Of a stretch of 64,000 bases of DNA, positions 1 through 13,771 are shown one piece after another (positions within the stretch are counted from its first letter, which is position 1; the number at the start of each line of letters is the position of its first letter). The notes beneath the pieces are model-generated. The model made no database searches, had not been told where the DNA came from, and was given only the letters and a program-made list of their open reading frames with translations. The stretch comes from Octopus vulgaris (Eukaryota), in contig OX597820.1 of the NCBI GenBank assembly GCA_951406725.2, forward strand, positions 30,008,001 through 30,072,000, read 5' to 3'. Position numbers and translations under genes: made by a program.

Positions 1-1
1 A

Positions 2-34
<33 letters not shown>

Positions 35-854
35 TGGTTTTATGTATGTATGTATGTATGTATGTATGTATGTATGTATTTTTTGTATGTGTGCATATAT
101 GAATATATATATGAATATATTTATATTTATATTTACATGTGCATATCTGGCAATGTTTACATCTACACAATGAGAGCGCTCAGCAACCATCTTGGCAGGC
201 AGTCTAACCGTTTAACAATACCTTACAAAATGGCGTTGCATTTCTCGCCTCATAATTACCGTTCGGTAATCAACTGCTGAAAACGTCCCCAAGAATAAAA
301 CAAGAAAGACATTTTAAGCGGCATTTTCATCGTCATGATCATAATTTATTTAGAAATCTAGTGTGTGTGTGTTATATAGGGAGTAATATGAAAACGTATG
401 TGTGTTCGAAAATATTTGCTGCATTTCAAGCTTGAAATGTAGAATTGCGCTAAAGATAATATGACGAATTTGCTCTAATGTTAAAATAGCGTTAACTGTG
501 CTGTTGTTATTGATGTATGATATTTACACACGGTTACTTTGTTAGAGATAAAAGAATCTTATGTTGCTCTAATTAACAGCATGGAAAATATGTTGGGTCG
601 CATTTGCACCAGTCAGCAAACAGTTTGGTGTAGCGTAAACCTTTCATGTATAGCGCATGGTGACATAGACCAAAACATATGTTTGTTAAACATCTGTGTT
701 GTTCTATTAGATAATAAAAGATACTGACAATTCTGAAATAACAACGAAAAGTATCTCTCCATATATGGCGAACTCTCAGAAATCAGGGTACACACACAAG
801 GTTCCACTAATTTCATTTATAATATTTATAAGTTAGGGGATTATTTTTAACGCT

Positions 855-1265
855 AGAACTTGAAGAAGATAAAGCTATAAATAATAGCGTGCAGAATATT
901 GGGTTAAAAATAATACAACTTCTTTGGAAAGAAGCCGAAGGTAGCCCATGAGATTCGAACCCTACTTCTTCAAGTATGCGAAAATAATATACCGAATCCT
1001 TTTCATCCATTTTCGAAGCTTTGTTCTTACAAGTGAACATTGTAATGTAATTTGAAGTTTTAAAATTTCGAAACTCTGAGGGAATTGAAGCATTTAGTGG
1101 TTGTTGTTTTTTGTTTTTGTTTTTTTTTTTCTTTTGTAAGGAGTGGAGTTCGAAGGAAATAAAGCTATAAATTATAGTATGTAGAATATTGGGTTAAAAA
1201 ACTTGGATAGAAAAAGAAAAATTAATCGTAGGCTGCCCATGGGACACGAACTTACAACCTCTCTA
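855..1265. repeat. Diverged direct duplication (about 295 bp period)
   Basis: ataaagctataaat..ag..tg.agaatattgggttaaaaa...gcccatg.ga..cgaac occurs at about 869 and about 1159. Confidence 0.65.
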
Positions 1266-1426
1266 AACTTACAAAGCATACAAACCATTTTACCAAAGCA
1301 AAACTAGGAATTTGCCCAACTACTTTAGAAATGTGTGTGTGTGTGTGTGTGTGTGTTTATGTGTGTGTGTGTGTTTATGTGTGTGTGTGTGTGTATGTGT
1401 GTGTGTGTGTGTTTATGTGTGTGTGT

Positions 1427-1460
<34 letters not shown>

Positions 1461-1921
1461 TGACGCGCGTGGCTTAGTGATTGGGCTGTTGCACTCATGG
1501 TGGTATTAGAGTACGGTTTTGCTTCCAGTACACAGCGATGCGTTATGTTCTTGAGCAAAACACTGCATTTCAAGTTTCTCCAGTTCCACTCAGCTGGCAA
1601 AAATGAGTAATCCTGCGACGGACTGGCATCCCATCAAAGAAGGATTCTTGGGTATGTACATCGACAGCTCACCAACACACCAGCTCATCCACATATTTAC
1701 AAACACCGGGAACTCTCTTAACTCCAAAGATCTTGTTGCTTTGTTAGCGACCAGCTTGAAATCTCCTAAGAAGCCTTAAATAAAGCTCAAAGAAAAATAC
1801 ATACATACTTACATACATACGTGCATGTATGCATGCATGCATACATACATACATACATACATACATACATACATACATACATACATACATACATACATAC
1901 ATACATACATACATTATATAT

Positions 1922-2110
1922 AAAGGCGGCGAGATGGTTGGATTGTTAGCGAGTCGGACAAAATTCTTAGCGACATTTCCTCCACCATGTTCTGAGTTCA
2001 AATCCGGTCAACGTCAGCTTTGCCTGACATCTCCACGGGGTCTATAAAATAATAACCAGCCAAGCACATGTGTTAATGTAATCGACTTGCCTTCTACACC
2101 TACAATTGCA
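1922..2110 (+). mobile_element. tRNA-derived SINE family B, old copy
   Basis: ggcggcgag..gg...gttagc head and ttctgagttcaaat B-box-like motif, shared with many copies in the window. Confidence 0.7.
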
Positions 2111-2531
2111 AATGACAGCACCCCAGCATGGCCACAGCCTCTGACTCAAACCGATTATAGAATACATGATTACCTATTTTGTTACCGCGACAGAAGTGTT
2201 ATTTTATGCACCGTTGGAAACCTTTTTATGCTCGCCAAATCAACAATTACATTGTGAGGAGAACCATTTTGGTTATCTAGAAATACAAACACAAACCATC
2301 AAATTCCTGTTTCATATATTTCGTCACACTTCTGTGACCTGGTAACTGACTTGATTTCTTGAAATCGTGGTTGGTAGAAATTGTTAGTAAGCAAGGAAAT
2401 ATTCAAATTATGTAAAGTAGATATCGATCAATTCAGCTTCACGGATCGATGAATTAAGTGCAAAAACTCACTGATTGAATACAAGAGATTTAAAAAATCA
2501 ACACACGCTCACGTACGTGTGCGTATATGCG

Positions 2532-2591
<60 letters not shown>

Positions 2592-3026
2592 GGAGCTTCT
2601 TCTATACAGAAGCTCCTTCTATAAAATAAATAATTTAAAAAAATAAAAGAAATTAATAAAATAAAATAAATTAATTTACTCTGATATGTATTGAGTACCT
2701 TATTTACTGTGGTTAACCCGGGACCTACATAAAATACATATGTATATATATAAATATATATACATATGTATGTATGTATGTATTTATGTATGTGGCAAAT
2801 GAAAGACGAAGGATGGAATATACGAGAATACGTATTTATTTTCCCGAGCGTCAAACTAATACACTTGTTTTTTGTTCATACACCTGTCTTCGTCTTTTGT
2901 TTTCTTTAAATCTACACTAAATCTATAAATATTCCAACTTTCGGGCGAAGGACGCCAAGGATCCTATTTTATAAAGGCGGTGCTCCAGCATGGTCGCAGT
3001 CAAATGACTGAAGCAAATAAAAGTAA

Positions 3027-3091
<65 letters not shown>

Positions 3092-3767
3092 TGTATGTAT
3101 GTATGTATGTATATATGTACATATATATATGTATGTGTATGTTTGTGTATATATATATGTACACACACATGTATGTGTGTATCTATATATGTATTATATA
3201 TTTGAATGTGTATGTGTGCGCGTGTGTGTATGTGTCTGTAGCAAACAGTACATTGCGTTTTGTAGCACATAGAAGTGACTGAAGAAACTGGAAAATGGAT
3301 AGCTGTAAAGAGAAAAATAGTATTAAGAACACTTGTACTTTTAGTGTACTTAGAAGACAAGACAATGTGTGTATGTGTGTGTGTGTATGTGTGTGTATGT
3401 GTGTGTGCGCGTGTGAGTGTAGAATCAGACCTGATTCAACTTGCCTGCCAAAATGGCCGATGCTTTGCTTCAACGTTTATACTTATACATATATACATCC
3501 ATTATATATATAATTATATATATATATATATAATTATATATATAATGGATGTATATACAGATACATGTGTGTGTATGTGTGTGTGTGTGTGTGTATGTGT
3601 GTGTATGTGGGTGTGCGAGCGCGGCCCGCTGCTCTAAAGTCAGTAGAATGTAATTTGATTGAGATGAGGCTATAATTTTCACTATATTGAGCAATAACCT
3701 CGAGCGTCCTTGATTCTCTTGGTAAACGGTGGGCTTGCTGGGACGAAATAACGGCAGCGGCAGCAGC

Positions 3768-3823
<56 letters not shown>

Positions 3824-3919
3824 CAACAGCAGCAGCAGCAGCAGCAGAATAGTCAATTAGTTGTAAGATCAGTTACCGTTAGGATTTATTTTATTGACCA
3901 CAGCCTTTGGAGACAGTAT

Positions 3920-4246
3920 TCTTTTACATTTTTAATTTATTTAACTGTGGCCATGCTGCAGCACCACCCTGAAGATTTTTAGTCGAAGAAATAGATCCCA
4001 GGAATTATTTCTTAAGCCTACTAAGATACGGGAACGTCAACACACCATCACTGGTTGCCAAGCAGTGATGGGGATGGACAGACATAGACACAATGACACA
4101 TACACATAGATTCACACACACACACACATACACACACACATACACACACACATACATACATACATACATACATACATACATACATACATACATACATACA
4201 TACATACACACACATATATTTATACAACGGGTTTCTTTCGGTTTCC
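3920..4246 (-). mobile_element. SINE family A (internal microsatellite), partial
   Basis: Reverse complement of the family A 3' half plus an internal (CA)n/(CATA)n tract. Confidence 0.75.
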
Positions 4247-4259
4247 GATTATAAGAACA

Positions 4260-4790
4260 TTTTAGACAGATTAGCGCAGCTTGGCTAGTCTTTTCCAAAT
4301 TGCTTTCAGCCTAGGGACTTACGGATACTCTCCAGAAGTCCCCAGTCTGGCCGTCATAGATACTGGGAGGCATTGTTGAATGTGCCGTCAGTTGAGCCTA
4401 CCCGAGATACGCACTTGTTCAGTGTGCGCGTGTTGTTAATCTTTGGCGTTTTGTTCAACAGCTACGATCGCTTGGAGGACCAACCCTCACTGTTGTCTTG
4501 GTCTATCGCGATGATCAACCGGCCGCTCTTTCTCGAAGCTGGGAGGGTAAGCAGTTTTCCTCTGTCTTGATTGCTATGGCGAAAGCGGTTATGTGATAGC
4601 AAATCTAACAAGACTTAAGACCTGACACTTGCCCCTTCAACCTTTCAAGTTCCGCTTGGAAAGAAAGATGAAGGTGAAGAGGGAGCAGCTTCCCCGCCCC
4701 ACCTCTTCCACGGTAGATTTATTGAAACATGGCTGGGAGCAGCGAATATGACGCGAGAAAACGGACCTAGCCAGAACATGTCTGTAGGCC
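4260..4790 (+). mobile_element. Decayed L1/Tx1-like LINE ORF2 C-terminal fragment
   Basis: Broken frames give a CCHC-like remnant (..ALVQCARVVNLWRFVQQL), VFLCLIAMAKAV and KFRLERKMKVKREQL..RFIETW. More GC-rich than the flanks. Confidence 0.55.
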
Positions 4791-4919
4791 AGAAAACGAT
4801 AAATGAGAGAGGGCACTTGTCTTTCGTGGACAAGTTAATCTAGGTGTTGTAGGATTTCCTTGATTGGTCCAAAATAGCTGTAAGTAAGAAGAAAAATAAG
4901 CGAAAATGCACATTGGAAA

Positions 4920-6782
4920 TAAAAAAAAGTAAAGGCATTTTATGAAAAGTAACGATAGCTATATACAATTAGATGAACTGAGGTAGGAATAAAAGTAATA
5001 AACGTCATTATTGTGAATTGTTAAAGAGATTCAAAGGCATACCGGTTTCGTAAAATTACTGATCACTGCTTTGAATGCGCACCGATTACTGAACGGTGTC
5101 GGGTCTACTAGTCCCTGAGTAAAAAGATTATGTGTAAGGGAGGTAAGTAGTTCTGGATTTCGTGCAATTAGGGTAGATATAAATCTGTAATGTGAATGGT
5201 GTATGAGATGTGTGGGGGCTAGTGGTATTAATTGAAAGGTTAGTAGTGTTCTGTATTATGTTATGTGTTCATTTTGAGTTGTGGAAGATATTTATTGATG
5301 AAAGTTGCCTCTTTATTCATTCATTGCTGTACTGGGGTGTTCTGTGAACATTGATAGATGGGGAAAATTAGGAAATTAGGATTAAGGTTTCTAGCACACC
5401 TTTCTATGTGTTCACTGGCCTGTATCTGTCCGCATTGTGGGTGGCGGATTTGTTCTTTGTAGAGAGTGGTTCTTCGACGGAGTGTTATTCCTGTTTGGCC
5501 AGTATAATGATTACCGCACCCTAAGCATGTCATGGCCTAGATTAAGTTTTCCGAGGCACAGGTGAAATTTGATTTGATCTTAAATATTTCACCTTATTTA
5601 AAGTGGAATTCTGAACCCTCCAAAAGGTGGGGGCATGTACCACAGGTCGACCACATTTTTGCCCTTTTGGTTCCGTTGTTAATGGATATAGTCTTGCGCA
5701 GGTTAATATTTTTTTCAATGATTTCGGTTGCATTTTGGTTTGGATAATTTTGTGTGAGCCTAAAATTTTGTTCATTGTTTTATCTCCTGTGAGGATGGGT
5801 AGATTTTGGATGATAATGTTGAAGGCTTCATTGTTTCTAGGGTTATATGTGGAGATGTATGGGAATATTCTTAAGTCTGGTGTAGTATTACGGTTGACTT
5901 CCCTTAATGTTCGTATGTCTATTTCCTTTGCTCGTTTAATCCCGTAATTTATTAATGATATTGGGTAATGTCTTTTGATTAGTATTGATCTGAGTTCAAG
6001 GAGTCTTCGTTTACGAGAATATGTGTCCGAAACTATGGTACAGATTCTTTTCGCTAGATTATAAGGTATATTAATTTTTATGTGTTTGGGGTGGCATGAG
6101 CTGAATAATAGGTATTGTTTAGAATCTGTGGGTTTATAGAAGATATCTGTTTCGATGTGGTTATTGACTATTTAAATTAGGATGTCAAGAAAAGTGAGTT
6201 GTTTACTGATGTGCTCCATGGTGAATTGTATGTTGCTATTAATATTGTTAAGCATTATTTTGAAATCGAGGAGTTTGTCCATGCTATCTTTCCAAAGTAT
6301 AAAGTAATCGTCCAAATACCTCTTCCAGTTCTTTAAATAGCAATGAAATAAGGTGCCATATTTTTGTAGGGAAGATTGGTATATTTTAAGTTCTAGGTAA
6401 CCCATTACAAGGTTTGCAATCACTGGAGCAGCTCGGGTTCCCATTGCAATTCCACATTCTTGTCGATACTAAACTGTATCGAACATGAAATAGTTGTTCA
6501 GTAGGATGAATTTGAGTGCTGCGATTATGAATCTATGGTTGATGCATCCTGGGATCTCTTCTGGGTATTTTTCTAACCAGAAGGTGATTGCTTTAATACC
6601 ATAATCGTGTGGGATATTGGTGTATAGATTCACCACATCGAATGATACTAACAGGGTTCTTTCAACTATTGTCTTCGGGAGGTAGTTAAGCATGTCTAAG
6701 TCATCTCTGATGAAGCTTTTCACATATTTTACAAGCAGTTTGAATAAGATGTCGAGGAAGTTGCTCAAACGGTAGGTTTCAT
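4920..6782 (-). mobile_element. Penelope-like retroelement (Neptune-type), 5'-truncated, with frameshifted RT and GIY-YIG endonuclease
   Basis: RT motifs LVSFDVVNLYTNIPH (ORF 6469-6768) and MGTRAAPVIANLVMGYLE / WKRYLDDYFILW / IQFTME / LTFLDILI (ORF 6172-6444). Thumb region reads TDIFYKPTDSKQYLLFSSCHPKH. Cys-containing linker KCGRP..TCP. GIY-YIG domain AMTCLGCGNHYTGQT...LRRR...EH (5321-5533). Multiple stops and frameshifts. Confidence 0.93.
5029..5076 (-). ncRNA. Minimal type-I hammerhead ribozyme motif with G3:C8 core variant, in the 3' region of the Penelope element
   Basis: Minus strand reads attcaaagca-GTGATCA-gtaa tt ttac-GAAA-ccgg-TA-tgcctttgaat. Stem I is about 10 bp with one bulge, stem II is gtaa/ttac, and stem III is the palindrome ACCGGT. 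Confidence 0.75.
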
Positions 6783-6819
6783 GATCATGAAATTAGCATT
6801 AGCTTGTCTCACTCTTTCT

Positions 6820-6885
6820 CGAGGAACCCCTAGGAACCTTTTGCGGAATCCTAAGGTTCCAGGGAATCCCGGTTGAGGAACGCTG
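6820..6885. mobile_element. hAT(Charlie)-like MITE terminal remnant
   Basis: Repeated ggaaccc/ggttcc subterminal motifs ending ..ggttgaggaacgctg, resembling hAT MITE ends. Confidence 0.4.
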
Positions 6886-7262
6886 GATTGGAGGATGACA
6901 ACTATGAGAGAACACTTTTGTGGTCAGGGTGATCGTGGTTTCTATGAGGTTTCCACGAGTAGGCCCTTGCAGGTTTCCCCACTCTACTTTTCAGTTTTTG
7001 GGGTTTTTTAGCAGCCTCCATGATTTTGCCAGTCATTCGATGTTAATAAAGAGAGAAAAAAAATACTTATTATCTCGCAGAATCGTTAGAGCCGTTAGTG
7101 CGTCGTACGAAAAAATGCTTAGCGGTATTTCTTCAGATTCTTTACGTTCCGAGATCAAATTCTGCCGATTGTCGACCTTGTCATGAATCCTTTCGGAGTC
7201 GGGAAAATAAAGTACCAGTCAAGTACTTCAAAATTGCTGACCTAGTTTCAAAATTTGAAAGT

Positions 7263-7294
<32 letters not shown>

Positions 7295-7996
7295 GAGGAG
7301 AAGGAGGAGGAAGAGGAGGGGGAGGGGCAGCAGCAGTAGCAGTAGCAGGAGCAAGGGGTGGGAGTAGATATATAGGTGAGAGCAAAGGTAATTGTAAAAC
7401 TGCTACTGCTACTGCTACTACTGCTACCACTACTACTACTTTTCTAAGTTTGGCACAAGGCCAGCAATTTTGTGGGGAAGGCTCAAGTCAATTTGATCGG
7501 CCACAGTATTTAACTGCTATTTATTTTCATTGAACCTGAAAAGGTAAACGGCTAAACCGACCTCTGCTGAATTTGTGGTGGCGGTGGTGGTGGTGGCGGT
7601 GGTGGTGGTGGTGGTGATGTCGGTGAAGAAGATTACAATGATAACGATGATGATGATGATGATGATGATGACGACGACGACGATACTGGTGATGGTGGTA
7701 GTGGTAGAGATGGCAGCAGTGACTATGTATTTGTTTTGTTTGTTTTTTTAATTTCCTTTTTTCGGGGATGCCGGTGGTATAATGGTGGTGGTGGTGGTGG
7801 TGGTGGTGGTTGCTCTGATGGTGAGAGTGGTTGAGGGTGATTGCTCTGATGGTTGTGATTTTATTAAGTGGTGGCGTTGGTTGCAGGTATTATTGTTGTA
7901 GTTGTTGTAGCTGTTGTTATTTAAACACAGCTCAACACTGATCGAGCAAACTGAAGATAAAAAGCCAATTCCATCCGTGACCATCCTGTTTATATC

Positions 7997-8655
7997 GTAT
8001 TCTTTTATTCTTTTACTTGTTTCAGTCATTTGCCTGCAGCCATGCTGGAGCACCGCCATTAAGGTTTTTTTAGTCGAACAAATCGACCCCTGGACTTACT
8101 CTTTGTAAGCCTAGTACTTATTCTACCGGACTGTTTTGCCGAACTGCTAAGTTACAGTGACGTAAACACACCAACACCGGTTGTCAAGCGATAGTTGGGG
8201 AGGGGGGTAAACACAGACACAAACACACTCTCTCTCTCACACACACACACACATATATATAAGACGGGCTTCTTTCAGTTTCCGTCTACCAAGTCCACTC
8301 ACAAGGCTTTAGTCAACCCGAGGCTATACTGGCGAGCTGGCAGAAACGTTAGCACGCCGGGCGAAATGCGTAGCCGTATTTCGTCTGTCGTTACGTTCTG
8401 AGTTCAAACTCCGCCAAGGTCGACTTTGCCTTTCATCCTTTCGGGGTCGATAAATTAAGTACCAGTTACGCACTGGGGTCGATGTAAACGACTTGATCCC
8501 TTTGTCTGTCCGTGTTTGTCCCCTCTATGTTTAGCCCCTTGTGGGCAATAAAGAAATATATACTAGAAGACACTTGGCCAAGGTACCACGCTGTGGGACT
8601 GAACCCGAAACCACGTGGTTGAGAAGCAAGCTTCTTACCACACAGCCACGCCCCT
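7997..8655 (-). mobile_element. SINE family A, full length, interrupted by a family B SINE
   Basis: Reverse complement of the family A consensus, split at 8330-8558. Confidence 0.85.
8330..8558 (+). mobile_element. SINE family B, young copy nested in a family A SINE
   Basis: ggcgagctggcagaaacgttagc...gtcgactttgcctttcatcctttcggggtcgataaattaagtacc...gggcaataaagaaata. Flanked by a short duplication tatact. Confidence 0.9.
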
Positions 8656-8829
8656 ACGTGCAAAAAACCCTTTTATCTCATGTCCTCGTATTTATTTTGT
8701 TTCTGATGGTAAGATATAAATTATGGAAGATTTCGCTGTTATTTCTAGCATATCGAGGGATCATGTTGAGATTACTGATAACAATGGCGGTGGTGGATGA
8801 CAGCAATGACGCTTTTGATGCTTTTTGTT

Positions 8830-9450
8830 GTTGTTTAACCCCAGGTCACTCCTAATCGAGTAGACCTATAATCAAAAGCATTCCAGCCATGGCAGTTCTG
8901 TCATTTTAGGGGAGGTCAGGCAGTCTTTATCTGCGCGGTAGCCATAATCTATCTAATGTATCCTTTTTCTCAAATTAGGAGGGCGAGATTTGAGGAAGCT
9001 TGGCTGCTATTTCTAGCAGGTGCAGCAACCATGACTAGACCTCGCTGTTAACACGTCAGCAGTGTTGTTGTTGTTGTTGTTTAACTCCAGGCCAGTCCCT
9101 GAGTGAGCTGACCTATGATCAAAAGACATTCCAGCCATGACAACTCCATATTTTATTTTCAAAGATTGCATAATCGAAATGTGCCCTTCCGTTTTTAATG
9201 ATGGAAGGCCTGATTCCAGGTAGAGATTTGGCTACTATTTCTAACAGATCGAGTGTTGTTGCTTATGTTACCTGACCCCCCAGGTTGACACTGAACGAGT
9301 CGAGCAATGATCAAAGACAGTCCAATCATGACCACATTATGCAAAATCTCATTTTTTGTTTTTTTTAAAAGGTAACGAAGAGGGTTCTGATCAGAGAGAT
9401 TTTTGGCTGCTATTTCTAGCAAGCCGGGCGACCACGCAAAGGCTCCAGTT
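8830..9450 (-). mobile_element. Three tandem copies of an old (CAA)n-tailed interspersed repeat
   Basis: Unit cccaggtca..ctga.cgag.agacctat.atcaaa..cattccagccatg...atttggctgctatttctagc is repeated three times. Other copies at about 12010-12690, 13515-14115, 17720-18170, 40760-41040, 44430-44515 and 56570-56640. Confidence 0.75.
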
Positions 9451-10656
9451 GTTGTTGTTGGTGGTGGTGGTGGTGGTGGGGACGATGGTGATAGCAATGT
9501 TAACAGTGGTGATGGTGGTGGCGGCTGCAGCAGTACTAGTAGTAGTAGTAGTAGTAGTAGCAGCAGTGATGGCGGTGGTTGCGATCAGAAGTTGTCTCTT
9601 GTTTGTGACTGTTGTGATGTTGTTGTGTAGCCCGGTCAACACTCATCCTTGTTGTTGTTGTTCTTGTAATTATAGATGCGCTTATGTTAATATTTACCTA
9701 GTGTTGTTGTTGTTGTTGTTGTTATCGTTATAAGCTCGGTCAACTTTTGTTCCAAGTTGTTGTTGTTTGTTGTTGCTGTGTTGGTAACAACACTGTGGCG
9801 GTGGTGGTGGTGGTGGTGGCGGCGGTGGTTGTGGCGGTGATGGCGACGGCGGTAGAAGTGATCGTAGCTGTGACTGTTGTTGTTATTGTTATTGTTGCTG
9901 TGGTGATGGTGCTGGTGGTGGTGGCGGTGGTGTTTGTGATAGTCGTGGTTGCGGTGGTAAACTTGTAATGCTGGTTGTACGGTGGTTGTATTTGTTGTTT
10001 GTATTGTTTGTTTGTTTATGTATTTGTTTATTTATTTTTATTTATTTATTTGTTTTTATCTATTTATTTTTTATTTTTATTTATTTATTTTTTTATCACT
10101 TTTGGCAGGTTAGGTCGATAGTTCAAACTACTCATTCTCCTCGCTTCTTGTTATTCGTGATGATGACGACGACGACGGCGGCGGCGATATAGATGATGAT
10201 GATGATGATGATGACGATGATGTTGATGGAGTATTAGTAGTAAGAAAATGACAGAGAGAGAGAGAGAGAAAAGGAGAGAGAAGCGGCGGCAGAATTGATT
10301 AATGATGGTGGTGGTGTTGATGGCGATGATCATGGTGGTTGTGATGATGATGATGATGAGGAGGAGGAGGAGGATGACGGTGCTGACGGCAGTGGTGGTG
10401 GCGAAGCAATGGTGGTTGCTTAAGTGGTTGTGATGATGACGATGACGATTATAATGACGACGACGACGACGACGATGATGATGATAATGATGGTGATGAT
10501 GATGATGATGATGGAGGTGGAGATGGTGGTGGTAGTGGTGGAGATCTGCTTAATCTTGAGAATCTGGGTTGGGTAGGGCTGTGGGGAAGTGCAGAGGGGT
10601 GCTACAGCAACTCTTGCTGCTGCTGTTGTTGTTGTTACTGCTGCTGCTGCTGTTGT

Positions 10657-10691
<35 letters not shown>

Positions 10692-11029
10692 TTACTACTA
10701 CTACTACTACTATTACTGCTGCTGCTGCTGCTGATGATGATGATGTGGTGTGATAATGGTGGTGACGGTGGTATCGGTGGCGGTGGTATTGTGGCGGCGC
10801 CTGCTGCTGTTAAAGCGACCAGCTTGTCGTCATAGTACGTCCCGAGGTTATTGGAGAATTTTACCTTATATGGGCATGTGAGGGATGCGGCAGTAGAGAC
10901 CTCGATGTGTGTATATGTATGTGGTTGTGTGTGTGTATACATATATATATATATATTTGTATATATGATACATATGTATAAACATGTGTGTGTGCTTATT
11001 AATTAGTAAAAGCGTTGTATTTTGATACA

Positions 11030-11077
<48 letters not shown>

Positions 11078-11362
11078 GTGTGTGTGTGTGTGTATGTATA
11101 TATACATGTATGTATATATATATGTGTATGTATGTATATATATATATACTTTACAAATGTGCATATATTAAACATACATAACTTCTATATATATTTGTAG
11201 GTCTGTCTGTGCGTGTATGAATATATTTTGAATTTGTGCATTTGATTGTATAGATATATATATGTATATATATTATATACATATATACATACATGCACAC
11301 ACACACACACATGTGTATATACATGCATAACACGCACGCATTTTATACTAACAACTTCTGCA

Positions 11363-11419
11363 TGCGTTTATAAGACAGCGTGCGTATATAAGACAGCGTG
11401 CGTTTATAAGACAGCGTGC
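11363..11419. repeat. 18-bp minisatellite, 3 copies (tgcgtttataagacagcg)
   Basis: Three near-identical tandem units read directly. Confidence 0.9.
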
Positions 11420-11551
11420 AAGTGTGTATATATGTTATGTATATATTTTATACATACTTTGAAAGTGTTCATATACACCCAAAAACTTTTATATCTTTAA
11501 AGGGGTGTGCAAATATATGGTGCGTATTAATACTTACAACATGGGCGCTGG

Positions 11552-11587
<36 letters not shown>

Positions 11588-11722
11588 TATATGTATATAT
11601 ATAGTATATATATATATATACACATATATGTGTGTATTTGCAAGTATGCATCTTATATATTTGTGATGTCTGTGTATTTATAAGTGTGTGTGTGTGTGCA
11701 CGCGCGTTTGTATATACGCTTG

Positions 11723-11753
<31 letters not shown>

Positions 11754-13452
11754 GTGTTTGAATGTACATATAGGCATAAGTACGTATATATATGCATACA
11801 CACATGTATATATACGAAAGTAGATGCATATATATATACATACATACATATATACATACATACATACGCACACACACATATATATATATATATGTATGTA
11901 TGTGTGTATATATATGCAGCGGTGTGTCTATCGTAGCGTGTGAACTATCAAATTGCGTGTGTGCTGTGCTGCGCTGCACACACGCACACGCATTCAGCAC
12001 ACACGCTTCCACTGTGCAAGGTGTCCGTTTCTTTCTCAAGATGGTAGCCTTAATTAAGGTAGATTTAGCTGCTATTTCTAGCATGTCGAGAGACTACAAA
12101 GTGGCAAGCTTCTTCATTTTTGCACGTACACGTCGATGCGAGCATGCATGCTTGAGTGTGCATGTATGTATAATAATGATGTATGTATGTATGTATGTAT
12201 ATAGCCGGCTATTTCTAGTGTCTGCATGTGTATGTATACGCACACACACACACGAGTTTGCAGCGATATCTTGTATAATTCCATGACAACCCTTAATCGA
12301 CTAGACATATGATCAAAGATATTCTAGTCGTGACCATCACATCGAATTTTATAGACTATCTATGTCTACATTATTCACACTGACCCTTGCTATCTAAACC
12401 GGTAGACTAGCAGAATTGTTAAGGGCATCAGACCATTATTTATTTGAAACCGGCATTTTTCTCTTTGTATTTTTGCCTTCTGAGTTCAAATTCTACCGAG
12501 GTAAACTTTGCATTTAGTTTATTCTGTGGGTCGAAAAAATAATTTATTAGGCAACTATTGTTTTAAAGCAGCATCCTAGACGTTATTTGAATCATTGTAG
12601 AATAAATATAAAGGTAGGGATGTTGCTGGAAATTTGGCTGCTATTTCTAGCAGGTCGACCGACCACGTTGGCAGAAGTTCTCGCCTTTGTACTGCGTGTG
12701 TGTAGTTGTATGTATGTTGAAGACCATGCATTGGATATAAGCTTTATTTGTTTGTGTAAATATGTGTAAACGTATGTTTGTATATACCCCTAATGGTGTA
12801 GAACTTTAATTGTACGAAATATTTTTTTCCATTGGAAATTAAATGTGTGCGTTTGTGTGTGCATATGTGTGTGTGTGTTTGTGTATTTGAGTGTGTAAAT
12901 GTATTTGCACGCATTTGTGCATGTGTATGTATGTTTGCGAGTGTGAGTTTCTCTGTGCATGTGTGTGATGTGTGCGTAAGCATGTGTGCACGTGTGTGTT
13001 TGCGTGTGTGTGTGTGTATGTTGGCGTGTGTATATGATGCATCTGGACTTAAATCATGGCCGAATGCGTAAGATGTTCTCTTCACGTTCACGAGATCCAG
13101 GGTTCGATTCCATGGCGTGGTTTCCTGAGCAAGATCAAAACCAAAACTTTGGGATTGAAACTAGCTGGACGGAAATTGTGCCAAAACTCATCGGTTGCCC
13201 ATAACCGGTTAATAATTCAAACGGGTCCTGCTTAGTCACTATGATGCACTGATTTTTGTATGAGAATCATATTAAGAATATACGTGTCTACGGAGTACAC
13301 AACCACTTTCTCTATATAATGCAATCAGCTGACGGCTCATTAGATAGATTAACTTAATGAAATACATCGCGCAATTGACGGAGATCCACTTCGCAATCCT
13401 TTTTTACCCCTTTTGTTTTATATGCATGCATGTTTATGAGAGCACATAGGTA

Positions 13453-13511
<59 letters not shown>

Positions 13512-13738
13512 CTTTGCCCCTGGTCAGTGGTTCCAAACGAGTAAACTGATGATCAAAGGCATTTCACACGTGACCACCACGCCTCACATCCCGACTGCAA
13601 TATCAAATGCAACTTTACACACGCACACAAACACACACACACACACACACACACATGCATGCACATACACACACACACACACAAACGCACGCACGCACAC
13701 ACACAAATATATATATATATATACATACATACACACAC

Positions 13739-13771
<33 letters not shown>

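Noticed and set aside
10864-10873. Perfect CArG box CCTTATATGG in a unique island
   Set aside because: Several such 10-mers are expected by chance in 64 kb of AT-rich DNA, and there is no nearby gene evidence.
11363-11419. CRISPR-like or Tn5 adapter-like repeat
   Set aside because: The units are contiguous with no spacers, the context is eukaryotic, and it does not match the mosaic end AGATGTGTATAAGAGACAG.
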